Below are positions 18,627 to 27,321 of a stretch of 64,000 bases of DNA, piece by piece (position 1 is the first letter of the stretch; each line of letters begins with the position of its first letter). The position numbers were made by a program, and so were the translations under genes. Under the pieces are notes generated by a model, which searched no databases, was not told the DNA's origin, and saw nothing but the letters and a program-made list of their open reading frames with translations. Source of the stretch: Ignavibacteriota bacterium (GTDB lineage: Bacteria; Bacteroidota; Ignavibacteria; Palsa-1295); contig CAWBEI010000002.1 of NCBI GenBank assembly GCA_963787835.1, forward strand, positions 1,248,001 to 1,312,000. Reading direction: 5' to 3'.

Positions 18627-19101
18627 AATTACGAATTACGAATTACGAATTTCAAATTACGAATTTTAATCGGCGTCATCCTTTAATCTTCTTTTCATTG
18701 TTTTCTGAATGGATCCTAAAATTTTCAGCAATTCTTCGCAATCAGCAAGCATCGATTCAGCCATTTTCTTGGTGAGATAGCCCGAGTCACGCAATAGTCG
18801 AAGCCAATAGTGTGTTTCTCTTGCCTCACGATAAGAGATATTAAGTTTCGCGAGAAAATCCTTCTTGGACCTGGCTCCTACAAACTCCTCTGCGTTTGCT
18901 CCGATTGAAGTACCGGAGCGAAGTATTTGGTCTTTTAAAACAAATGCCTTTTTCTCCTGCAAATACTCACTCAACCCTATGATCCTAAGAGCAAACGCAT
19001 AGCTCTTATCTAAGATGATTTTTTGTTTCATCGCATAATGGGACTAAAGAGCACGCAGCAAGTAAATAAAATTCGTAATTCGTAATTTGAAATTCGTAAT
19101 T
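18627..19101. mobile_element. Intervening element: four-helix-bundle gene between inverted heptamer (AATTACG)n arrays
   Basis: Left 18627-18665 (AATTACG)3 AATTTCA AATTACG AATT; right 19070-19101 is an inverted array of the same units. Confidence 0.7.
18666..19031 (-). CDS. Four-helix-bundle protein (23S rRNA IVS protein / TIGR02436-like)
   Basis: QILRSGTSIGAN.EE...S.KDF..KL.IS.RE.RET.YWL.LL family signature. Confidence 0.9.
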   Translation of the reverse strand: MKQKIILDKSYAFALRIIGLSEYLQEKKAFVLKDQILRSGTSIGANAEEFVGARSKKDFLAKLNISYREARETHYWLRLLRDSGYLTKKMAESMLADCEELLKILGSIQKTMKRRLKDDAD

Positions 19102-20187
19102 CTACTTCTTTACTTGTTTGCGTTCAAATTGCAATGGGATACCGTACCGGTCGCAGCCGGATTTTAGGACAGATAGGAGCATCCCTTCATACGTGAGCCC
19201 CGCAGCGCGGGCGGCTTTGGGAAAGCAGGAATTTTCTTCGGGTTTGGGAAGAATGCCTGGTAACGGATTCACCTCGATGACATTCACGCGGCCGCGCGCA
19301 TCCAATCGGACATCGATGCGCGCCCAATCGCGGCAATCGAGGACTTCAAACGTCCGCAGCACGACGGCTTCAATCTCCTCTTTCAGCTTGATGGAAATAT
19401 CTGCGGGACAAGTGAAAATGTGGAGCGGACGTTCCGCTACATCATACACCCACTTTGCTTCGAACGAATAAATGTTATTCGCTTCAGGCGGAAGTTCACC
19501 GAGATTTATCTCGACGATCGGCAGTACATGTGCTTTCTCGCCTGAACCCAGGACCGCTACAGTAAACTCACGTCCGGGAAGGAACTCCTCGATGAGTGCG
19601 GGTTGATGATATTCGTTGGAGATTCGCTCGATCTCGCGGTTCATGGCATCTAGGCTTGTGACGAAGGATGAATTCCGAATGCCTTTCGAGGAGCCTTCGG
19701 AAAGCGGCTTTACAATAAATGGAAAATCAGCACCGGGCAGCATCGAGCGGATCGAGCCGATAGGACGATCCGAAGTAATGAATCGTGCTACCGGAATTCC
19801 ATGATAAGATAGGATCTCTTTGGTCCGAGCTTTATCGAGCATGAGCGCGAGCGCGAGCGGTCCCGAGCCAGTGTAGGGGATCTGCAGCATTTCAAGAACT
19901 GCCGGGAATTGGGCTTCCCGCGATGCTCCGGCAAATCCTTCGGCAAGATTGAAAACGATATCGAGATCATGCACAAGCAACCGGTCGAGCGCGCGATCCG
20001 GCACCGCTTCGATCACTTCGACCGTTACATCAGGGTGGGACGCTAATCCGGCCCGCACCGCTTCGATGGTTTCCGGCGCGTCCCATTCCGCATAGAGGTC
20101 ATCGTGCGGAATGTACGGATGGCGGGAACGTTCTCGTTCATCGAGAGTACTTTTGGGCTTGATATTGGCTAAGAGTCCTACGTGCAT
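19102..20187 (-). CDS. D-Ala-D-Ala ligase-like ATP-grasp protein (A)
   Basis: VFNLAEG, IPYTGS, VKP.SEGSSKGI, EEFLPGREFTV, ARIDVR and IEVNPLPG motifs. Confidence 0.85.
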   Translation of the reverse strand: MHVGLLANIKPKSTLDERERSRHPYIPHDDLYAEWDAPETIEAVRAGLASHPDVTVEVIEAVPDRALDRLLVHDLDIVFNLAEGFAGASREAQFPAVLEMLQIPYTGSGPLALALMLDKARTKEILSYHGIPVARFITSDRPIGSIRSMLPGADFPFIVKPLSEGSSKGIRNSSFVTSLDAMNREIERISNEYHQPALIEEFLPGREFTVAVLGSGEKAHVLPIVEINLGELPPEANNIYSFEAKWVYDVAERPLHIFTCPADISIKLKEEIEAVVLRTFEVLDCRDWARIDVRLDARGRVNVIEVNPLPGILPKPEENSCFPKAARAAGLTYEGMLLSVLKSGCDRYGIPLQFERKQVKK

Positions 20188-20385
20188 GTTTTAGATCGTT
20201 CAAAAAAATTCAGGGAAGATATTCGATAGAGATGAAAAAATCAGGTTAAAAATACGAATTGTATGTTGGAAGTCAAGTGTTCGAAACATTTTGTGGAAAA
20301 AAAGCACATCTGTTTACAACTTCTTACGTTACAAAAACTATTATGATGCAGGAATGCTTAATGAATCCTGCGTAATATTGCACAC

Positions 20386-22545
20386 ATGAACAACTCTCTT
20401 ATTTCTCGTGGATCATCATGGAGCCTGCTGGTGTGTTCCATGCTTTGTGTCGCGGGTGTGAAACCGGCGCCGGTCTGTGCTCAAGTGAAATTTAGCGCCG
20501 ACGAACGACGCATTATCACTATCACGGATGAGCGCCGCGATGCCGATAGCTTGTTGCCATATCTCACATCACCTATAGCTAAAGTTGCGCGGCGCGCGGC
20601 GATCGGGATTGGGAATATCGGCGATACCTCTATTCGTCCTGCTCTCCTAAAATATTTTCTTTCCGAGCAGCGAGATTCCGTTGCGGATGCAGAAGCCTTT
20701 GCGCTTGGTATGCTCGGGCCTGATGAGAAAACCTATCGTGCCCTGACGGAGGCGACAGCTCGGCACCCAACGACCGCGCGATTGATCGCCATTGCGCGAG
20801 TCGCGACAAAAGCCGATAGTGCCAGCGCTCCGAGCATCGTTGGGCAACTTGCCGATCAAAAGAAGATCGACGCGCTCACGGAAGCAGAAGCGTATGAGGA
20901 GTTTGCCTTGCATCATGAATCGAACTCCCACATGATGAACGATCTGGAGACGCTTGCGAACGATAACGATCCAAACGTGCGCTGGCGTGCCGCTTATGCT
21001 TTTGCCCGCGCCGATGATTCGCTCGATCTCTCTGGCCGATTTCTGAAACTCAAAGACTTATTGCTCGATCAGGGCTCTCCTTACGTTCGTATGTTTGGCG
21101 CGCTCGCGGTTGGAAAGCTCCATGATGCCCGGGCGGATACCGCGCTGTACCGCGCATATCGTGGTGAAAATGATTGGCGGGTGCGTGTGAGCATTCTTCG
21201 AGCCTTTGGGCAGTTTAAATCCCTGGATGCGTTAACCGTTAGCACGTTGCAACTTGCGGCCGAAAGTGCCTTGCGCGATAGTATGCTTGCGATACAGGTC
21301 GGGGTTACAGCGGGTGATGTCATCGAAGGCTTCATTACATCGGGTTGGCTTTCTCATGAGGATTCAGTATCACAGCGAGAGTGGCTCGATGGATTTAGCG
21401 GGACGGACGGTCGCCATGATGAGGTCGATCCGATCGTGGCTGCCCGATTGACAATTCCCGCTGTCCGGCTACAGACACCCACGCTGCGTGATGCGGTCAA
21501 GAACTATGCGCTCTATAGAGTTCCCACGATACGCAACTTTGCGGTGCGAGCCGCTGCGACGCTGCCGGATACAGGTTTTTTCTACTCAATCCTGCTTACG
21601 ATGTCGGCGTTCGATCCGATTGAGCAAATAGTAAGATTGGAAGTGCTCGACAGCATGTGGGGGCTTGCAAAGCGTATCCCAGCTTTTCGAAAATATCTCG
21701 AATCGGATCACATGGCGAATTTATATCGAGGACTTCTGATCCATATTTCCGATGTTGTGAATGATCCGGCAGTGGATGCGGTAGCACTCGATGCGATCCG
21801 TGACACAAGTATCATTCCCGATAGCTCCCGCAGGGCAGAGGCACGGCAGTTCGTCGAAAAATACATTCCCGCGTTCACGAACCCACGCTTCCGTGACGCT
21901 CTCCTGACCGCTATCAAAGACGAAGCCTGGCTTGGAGATACAAGCGCCGAAGTAGATAGAGAGGTTCGGGTCGCGTACGATTCTGCGAACACCTGGGGTG
22001 ATGGCGAGATAATGGATTCCATTATTGTGCTTCTAAAAACTATTGAAGGGAAGGATGTGGTCGTACCAAAACGGATACAACGAATCAGTAACATCGATTG
22101 GGCTACCCTCGAAAGCTTACCGTCGAATATGGTTCTAAACTTCACGAGCAGTTCTGTGAAGCTCCATCTGTTAACGGAGGAGGCTCCACTCACGGTGCTG
22201 AACATGGTGCGGCTGTCTCGCGAGCAATGGTTCGCCGGCAATATCGTGCATCGCGTGGTTCCAAATTTTGTGATTCAATCCGGTGATCCGAGTGGCACGG
22301 GATGGGAAGGCCCCGGATATACGATTCGCAGCGAGATAACGCCGAGGGAATATGATCGCGAAGGGATGGTGGGAATGGCAAGCGATGGTAAGGATACCGA
22401 AAGCTCGCAATGGTTCATCACAGAGTGCCCGACACCGCATCTGGACAGCCACTACACGATCTGGGCAGTGGTTACGAATGGGATGGATGAAGTCTGTAAG
22501 CGAAAAGTTGGGGATAGAATAGATTCCTTTAATGCATATCGCTGA
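20386..22545 (+). CDS. Exported HEAT-repeat protein with C-terminal cyclophilin-type PPIase
   Basis: HEAT-like repeats (VRWRAAYA, WRVRVSILRA); HRVVPNFVIQSGDP...GMAS.GKDTESSQWFI. Confidence 0.9.
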   Translation: MNNSLISRGSSWSLLVCSMLCVAGVKPAPVCAQVKFSADERRIITITDERRDADSLLPYLTSPIAKVARRAAIGIGNIGDTSIRPALLKYFLSEQRDSVADAEAFALGMLGPDEKTYRALTEATARHPTTARLIAIARVATKADSASAPSIVGQLADQKKIDALTEAEAYEEFALHHESNSHMMNDLETLANDNDPNVRWRAAYAFARADDSLDLSGRFLKLKDLLLDQGSPYVRMFGALAVGKLHDARADTALYRAYRGENDWRVRVSILRAFGQFKSLDALTVSTLQLAAESALRDSMLAIQVGVTAGDVIEGFITSGWLSHEDSVSQREWLDGFSGTDGRHDEVDPIVAARLTIPAVRLQTPTLRDAVKNYALYRVPTIRNFAVRAAATLPDTGFFYSILLTMSAFDPIEQIVRLEVLDSMWGLAKRIPAFRKYLESDHMANLYRGLLIHISDVVNDPAVDAVALDAIRDTSIIPDSSRRAEARQFVEKYIPAFTNPRFRDALLTAIKDEAWLGDTSAEVDREVRVAYDSANTWGDGEIMDSIIVLLKTIEGKDVVVPKRIQRISNIDWATLESLPSNMVLNFTSSSVKLHLLTEEAPLTVLNMVRLSREQWFAGNIVHRVVPNFVIQSGDPSGTGWEGPGYTIRSEITPREYDREGMVGMASDGKDTESSQWFITECPTPHLDSHYTIWAVVTNGMDEVCKRKVGDRIDSFNAYR

Positions 22546-23576
22546 TGCCGCCAAGAATCTTCGAAGAAATTAGAACCAAGGCTAAGCAACGTGTAACGAC
22601 GGCGGGTCATCCTCGTCGCATCCTACTCGGGGATGCGATGGACCCACGCATGCTCGAAGCAGCCCGCATTGCGACCGATGAGTCGATCGCAACGATCGTT
22701 CTCATAGGCGATCCAAAAGAGCTTCAGCACGAAGCGTTGCGCGTGGGCCTTGATATGGGTGGTATCGAGAGCGTATCTCAGGAACGTTACCCCATGTTTG
22801 GGGGACTGGTTGACTCCTATTTCGAACGGCGTCAGGAGAAACTGGAGTCCAAAGCAGAAGCAGCATCGGAACTTCGTTCAGATGATCTTCTTTTTGGCGC
22901 AATGCTTACCAGTTCGGGTTATGCCGATGGTATGGTCGCAGGCTCGCTTTCCACGACCGCATCGGTGATACGAGCCGCATTGCGTGGCATTGGAACTGCG
23001 GACGGTGTTTCCGTTCTTTCGAGCATGTTCCTGCTCGCATTTCCTTCCATTCCCGGAATGCGCGAGCATGAATTCACGCTTGCCTTTGCGGACGCAGGAG
23101 TTGTACCCGATCCCACTGCCTTGCAGCTTGCGGATATTGCAATTCAGACTGCACGATCGTATGAGACGCTGACCGGAATCGAGCCACGAGTAGCCATGCT
23201 ATCGTTTTCAACAAAAGGCAGTGCCCACTCCCCTTCTGCAGAAAAAGTGATCGAAGCGACTGCACTGGCCCGCGCAAAAGCTCCCATGCTTGCCATCGAT
23301 GGCGAGTTACAATTCGACGCCGCGTTCGTTCCCGACGTTGCCGAGCGTAAATCGAAGGGAAGTGACGTTGCAGGACGTGCGAATGTTTTTATTTTTCCGA
23401 ATCTCGATGCCGGTAATATCAGTTACAAGATCGCGGAGCGGCTTGGAATGGGTGAGGCGGTCGGCCCAATACTTCAAGGGCTTCGCCACCCGATGAACGA
23501 TCTCTCGCGCGGAGCCAGCTTGAGCGATATTGTGAACATGATCGCCATAACAGTCTTGCAAGGAAATAACGTATGA
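22545..23576 (+). CDS. pta: Phosphate acetyltransferase
   Basis: VAMLSFSTKGS, DGELQFDAA, FPNLDAGNI.YK and NDLSRG motifs. Confidence 0.92.
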   Translation: MPPRIFEEIRTKAKQRVTTAGHPRRILLGDAMDPRMLEAARIATDESIATIVLIGDPKELQHEALRVGLDMGGIESVSQERYPMFGGLVDSYFERRQEKLESKAEAASELRSDDLLFGAMLTSSGYADGMVAGSLSTTASVIRAALRGIGTADGVSVLSSMFLLAFPSIPGMREHEFTLAFADAGVVPDPTALQLADIAIQTARSYETLTGIEPRVAMLSFSTKGSAHSPSAEKVIEATALARAKAPMLAIDGELQFDAAFVPDVAERKSKGSDVAGRANVFIFPNLDAGNISYKIAERLGMGEAVGPILQGLRHPMNDLSRGASLSDIVNMIAITVLQGNNV

Positions 23577-24349
23577 ATATTTTAGTCACTAACGACGACG
23601 GTATTAACTCCCGAGGGATCTACGATCTTGTTGTTGCCCTGCGCGAGATCGGGAATGTTATTGTGATGGCTCCATTGGGAGAGCAATCCGCCGTGGGGCA
23701 TGCGCTGACGGTCAGCCTTCCGTTGCGTGTGACGGAGTTCCAGAAGAACGGCGATTTTTTTGGATATGCTGTGAGTGGCACACCCGCCGATTGTGTAAAA
23801 CTTGCTTTGCGCACGTTTTTGGACGAACAGGGTCATCCACTACCCGATATTGTGGTAAGCGGCATCAATCATGGAAGAAATACCGCGGTGAATATTATTT
23901 ATTCCGGTACGGTCAGCGCGGCGACGGAAGCGACCGTGCTCGATGTTCCGGCCATTGCAGTTTCGCTCACAAGTTATCACCTTGATGCAGATTTTTCTGT
24001 TGCCGCGGAATTTATGAAGCGTTTTACTCCTGAAGTGGCGCGTCTGCGGTTGCCGCGCGGCACGCTGTTGAATGTAAATGTTCCTGCACTTCCGGCCTCT
24101 GAAATTCGTGGCGTAGCTTATACCCGACAAGGAGCTTCCTATTGGGAAGATGAGTTCGAGAAGCGCGTCGATCCACACGAGCGGCCGTATTATTGGCTGA
24201 AAGGCAAATACATTTTGGAAGATAAGTATCAAGACATCGATGACATCGCGATCCGCGAAGGTAAGATCAGCATTACGCCGATCCATTACGATCTTACGAA
24301 CTACGATTTTTTGGAAACGCTGCGCTCTTCGTGGCCTGATACATTTTAA
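23573..24349 (+). CDS. surE: 5'/3'-nucleotidase SurE
   Basis: ILVTNDDG, GTPADCV and SGIN.G.N...YSGTV motifs. Confidence 0.95.
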   Translation: MNILVTNDDGINSRGIYDLVVALREIGNVIVMAPLGEQSAVGHALTVSLPLRVTEFQKNGDFFGYAVSGTPADCVKLALRTFLDEQGHPLPDIVVSGINHGRNTAVNIIYSGTVSAATEATVLDVPAIAVSLTSYHLDADFSVAAEFMKRFTPEVARLRLPRGTLLNVNVPALPASEIRGVAYTRQGASYWEDEFEKRVDPHERPYYWLKGKYILEDKYQDIDDIAIREGKISITPIHYDLTNYDFLETLRSSWPDTF

Positions 24350-24351
24350 GA

Positions 24352-25203
24352 GTGTTCGTTCTTCAAGAAACCTTCCGTTATCTCAAACATTCATGGGCAG
24401 CATGGCTCATGCAGACGCTTACGCTTGGCGTTGCGCTCGGCGTGAGCGCGCTGTTTGTGTTGCTTGCATGGAAAGCGCACGAGGCGATGTCATCGTTGAG
24501 AGCTAATCTTGCAATTGAAGCCTTTTTCGATCCAGACGTTGCTTCGCAGGATGCAATTTCGATCGTGGATCAGAGTGTCAAGTCTTTGCCTGGAATTTCT
24601 CGCATAATATTTATCTCGAAAGAACAAGCGCTTAGTGATTATGCAAAAATGTCCGGCGAGAATCCTGAGCAAGTACTTGGGGTGAACCCACTTCCCGCAA
24701 GCGTGAAAGTATTTCTTACCGAGCCAACCGCACAAGCTGCCAAACGCTTGGAAGAATCGCTTCGCAATATTCCAAAGGTACAAGAAGTAAAAAGCAATGC
24801 GCCTCTTATTGGCATTATGGAATCACGCTCATTAGCATTAGACCGCATTGCCATTATGCTTTGCTCGCTGCTTATTCTCGCTGCGTTCTTCTATGCATTT
24901 ATCGCATCGCGGCACGGGAATGAAATTCGTAAGGAGACCATTCGCACACTTACCCGAATCGGTGCCACCCGGTGGATGATCATGACGCCAATGGTACTCT
25001 ATAGCGCCCTGGCCGGAATTGCGGGCGGGATCACAGCGATGGGAATTCTCTTACTGATCCATACGCAAGTTCTTGCTTCGATGAGCGATGTATTCACGGT
25101 TGCACTGACATCGCGGGAAATTGTTATATCGAGTTGTGCGCTGGTAATTTCCGGACTGTTGATTAGCTCAGTTCCGTCTTTATTGCAGAGCAAACGCCCA
25201 TAA
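24352..25203 (+). CDS. ftsX: Cell-division permease FtsX-like
   Basis: TM1, periplasmic domain with FISKEQAL and NPLPAS, IGAT, then three further TMs. Confidence 0.8.
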   Translation: MFVLQETFRYLKHSWAAWLMQTLTLGVALGVSALFVLLAWKAHEAMSSLRANLAIEAFFDPDVASQDAISIVDQSVKSLPGISRIIFISKEQALSDYAKMSGENPEQVLGVNPLPASVKVFLTEPTAQAAKRLEESLRNIPKVQEVKSNAPLIGIMESRSLALDRIAIMLCSLLILAAFFYAFIASRHGNEIRKETIRTLTRIGATRWMIMTPMVLYSALAGIAGGITAMGILLLIHTQVLASMSDVFTVALTSREIVISSCALVISGLLISSVPSLLQSKRP

Positions 25204-25205
25204 TA

Positions 25206-25793
25206 TTATTCTATCTTCGTTACTGGATGGATCTCCCGGTAATTCTTTGCATGTCCATCCTGCCCGTGGTTGAAATCCTGGAATAGAACCCCGGTGATGG
25301 TTGCTGCTTTATTCACATTCTTGAAATCCGTCGAAGGTGTTCCCAAATTAGTGATTATCCACTGTGAAGCAGCATCGAATTGTCCGGCATAGGCTGATGC
25401 TGCCACTTCCGCGCAATCGGTGCTGGGAATTTCGGCGATCATCGAATCGTGGGTATCATCGACGATGATAAGATGGATGTCCTTGTCGTCCTCACGTACA
25501 AAAGCAGCGATGGTGCAGGATACGCTGACCGCTTGTTCCTCGAACGCCAAGCGAGTGGTATCTTCGCTCACGATAAGTTCAGGGAATGCGTTTTGCTGTG
25601 CAACGGTGGTGGTAACGGGTGTCCAATTAATAGAGGAAACAGCGGGATCGGTCAGGATCTTCACATGCCACCGCTCAATGCCGCATTCGGGTTCGGAGGA
25701 GGAACTTGGCGTATTACTTGATTTTGAGCAACCAGCTACCAATCCTGCAAAAAGCAGACACCATCCGATTCCTAAGGGACTTTTCTTATGCAT
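25206..25793 (-). CDS. Conserved hypothetical lipoprotein
   Basis: VAGC lipobox; CG.ERW.VK, EDD.DIH, IAEIP and EIHPV motifs. Confidence 0.7.
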   Translation of the reverse strand: MHKKSPLGIGWCLLFAGLVAGCSKSSNTPSSSSEPECGIERWHVKILTDPAVSSINWTPVTTTVAQQNAFPELIVSEDTTRLAFEEQAVSVSCTIAAFVREDDKDIHLIIVDDTHDSMIAEIPSTDCAEVAASAYAGQFDAASQWIITNLGTPSTDFKNVNKAATITGVLFQDFNHGQDGHAKNYREIHPVTKIE

Positions 25794-25965
25794 TTAGTTA
25801 GTACAAAAATAAGGGACAATTACTACTTGCCCGCAATTTCAGCATATTCTTCTTCTCAAGCAAAATAACTAATTATGAGACGAGAATTTCTTCTTTTATG
25901 TTAAGGAGTTTCATCCACGTCAGCACTGTTTTCATTTTTTTGGTTTTATCGTGTAGTTATCCCCG

Positions 25966-27318
25966 ATGTCCTTAATACTTTTGGTTGACGACGAAGCCGC
26001 CGCGCGCAGCAACTACAAGACCATTTTGGAGCATTATGGCCATGAAGTGTTGCTGGCTTCAAACGTTGACGATGCGAAAAAGCTGATCGGGGATAATCGC
26101 GGTATTGATCTTATCATTACCGATATGCGTATGGGAAGTAAAAGCGGCCTCGACATGCTTCGCGAAGCCCGCCAGTTGACACCGGAATCCGAAGTGATCG
26201 TGCTCACCGCTCATGCGGAACTTGAAAATGCCGTGGAAGCGATGAAGCTCGGTGCAGCAGATTATCTTACGAAAGATACTGACTATAAAGAGATCGTGCT
26301 CGTTGTAGAAAAGGCGCTCGAAAAACGCGCGCTGAAACGAGAGATCGATCGGCTTCGAAAACAGACGCGCGAAGAATATGCTTTCGGACGCATTGTTGGA
26401 AAAAGCCCTGCGATCATGCAATTGCATGACGTGCTGCGCCGAGTTGCTCCAACCGATACGCGTGTGCTGATCACGGGGGAATCCGGAACCGGTAAGGAAT
26501 TAGTCGCAGAAATGCTTCACGCAAATAATCCGCGCAGCAGCGGCCCCTTTATTGCTATTAATTGCGGCGCCATCCCACGCGATCTTCAGGAAAGCGAATT
26601 GTTCGGATACGTTCGTGGTGCGTTCACCGGTGCTGATCGCGATAAAGCAGGTCTTCTCGAAACCGCAGACCGGGGAACGGTATTCTTAGATGAGGTTGGT
26701 GAGATGTCGCCGGAGACACAAGTAAAGTTACTACGATTTCTCGAAAAAGGGGAGATGATTCCCGTTGGTAGTGGGCGCGCTCGTTCGGTGAGCGTTCGTG
26801 TTATTGCGGCGACGAACCGCGATCTTAGCGAGGCGATTAGAAGCCATACATTCCGTGAAGATCTCTATTACCGGCTGAAAGTGGTGTTAATCCATATCCC
26901 TCCACTTCGAGATCGTAAAGAAGATATTCCATTACTCGCGCAGAATTTGCTTGAAGAACTTGCGCGAAAGATCGGAAGTAAAGTTCACACCATTTCTACC
27001 GAGGCGCTCGAAGCGCTTACGGAGTACGATTGGCCGGGAAATGTTCGCGAGCTGAAAAATGTGATCGAACGCGCGCTTATTTTTGCCGATGATGGCATCG
27101 TGGATCTCGAGCATCTGCCTGAAGAATTATTTAAGCGGCATCTTGCGCATGTTGCCGATCAAGAGCCGAATGAAATTGCGCCATTGGACGAGATCGAGAA
27201 GAAATACATCCTCGAAGTGCTGGAACGTCTTGGCGGGAATAAACTTCTTACTGCGCGGCAACTGAACATTGCAACAACAACACTTTATCGTAAGCTTCGG
27301 ATGTATGGGATCGAATGA
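25966..27318 (+). CDS. Sigma54-dependent response regulator (NtrC/AtoC family)
   Basis: Receiver (LVDDE, IITDMRM), GESGTGKE, ESELFG...GAFTGA, WPGNVREL and Fis-type HTH. Confidence 0.95.
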   Translation: MSLILLVDDEAAARSNYKTILEHYGHEVLLASNVDDAKKLIGDNRGIDLIITDMRMGSKSGLDMLREARQLTPESEVIVLTAHAELENAVEAMKLGAADYLTKDTDYKEIVLVVEKALEKRALKREIDRLRKQTREEYAFGRIVGKSPAIMQLHDVLRRVAPTDTRVLITGESGTGKELVAEMLHANNPRSSGPFIAINCGAIPRDLQESELFGYVRGAFTGADRDKAGLLETADRGTVFLDEVGEMSPETQVKLLRFLEKGEMIPVGSGRARSVSVRVIAATNRDLSEAIRSHTFREDLYYRLKVVLIHIPPLRDRKEDIPLLAQNLLEELARKIGSKVHTISTEALEALTEYDWPGNVRELKNVIERALIFADDGIVDLEHLPEELFKRHLAHVADQEPNEIAPLDEIEKKYILEVLERLGGNKLLTARQLNIATTTLYRKLRMYGIE

Positions 27319-27321
27319 TCC

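Noticed and set aside
7215-19101. CRISPR array suggested by the short periodic repeats
   Set aside because: The repeats are 7-9 nt tandem units or inverted pairs with no unique spacers, and no cas genes are present.
17568-20187. Housekeeping ddl or van-type resistance ligases
   Set aside because: They lack the canonical Ddl N-terminal motifs and have no mur/dcw or vanHX context.
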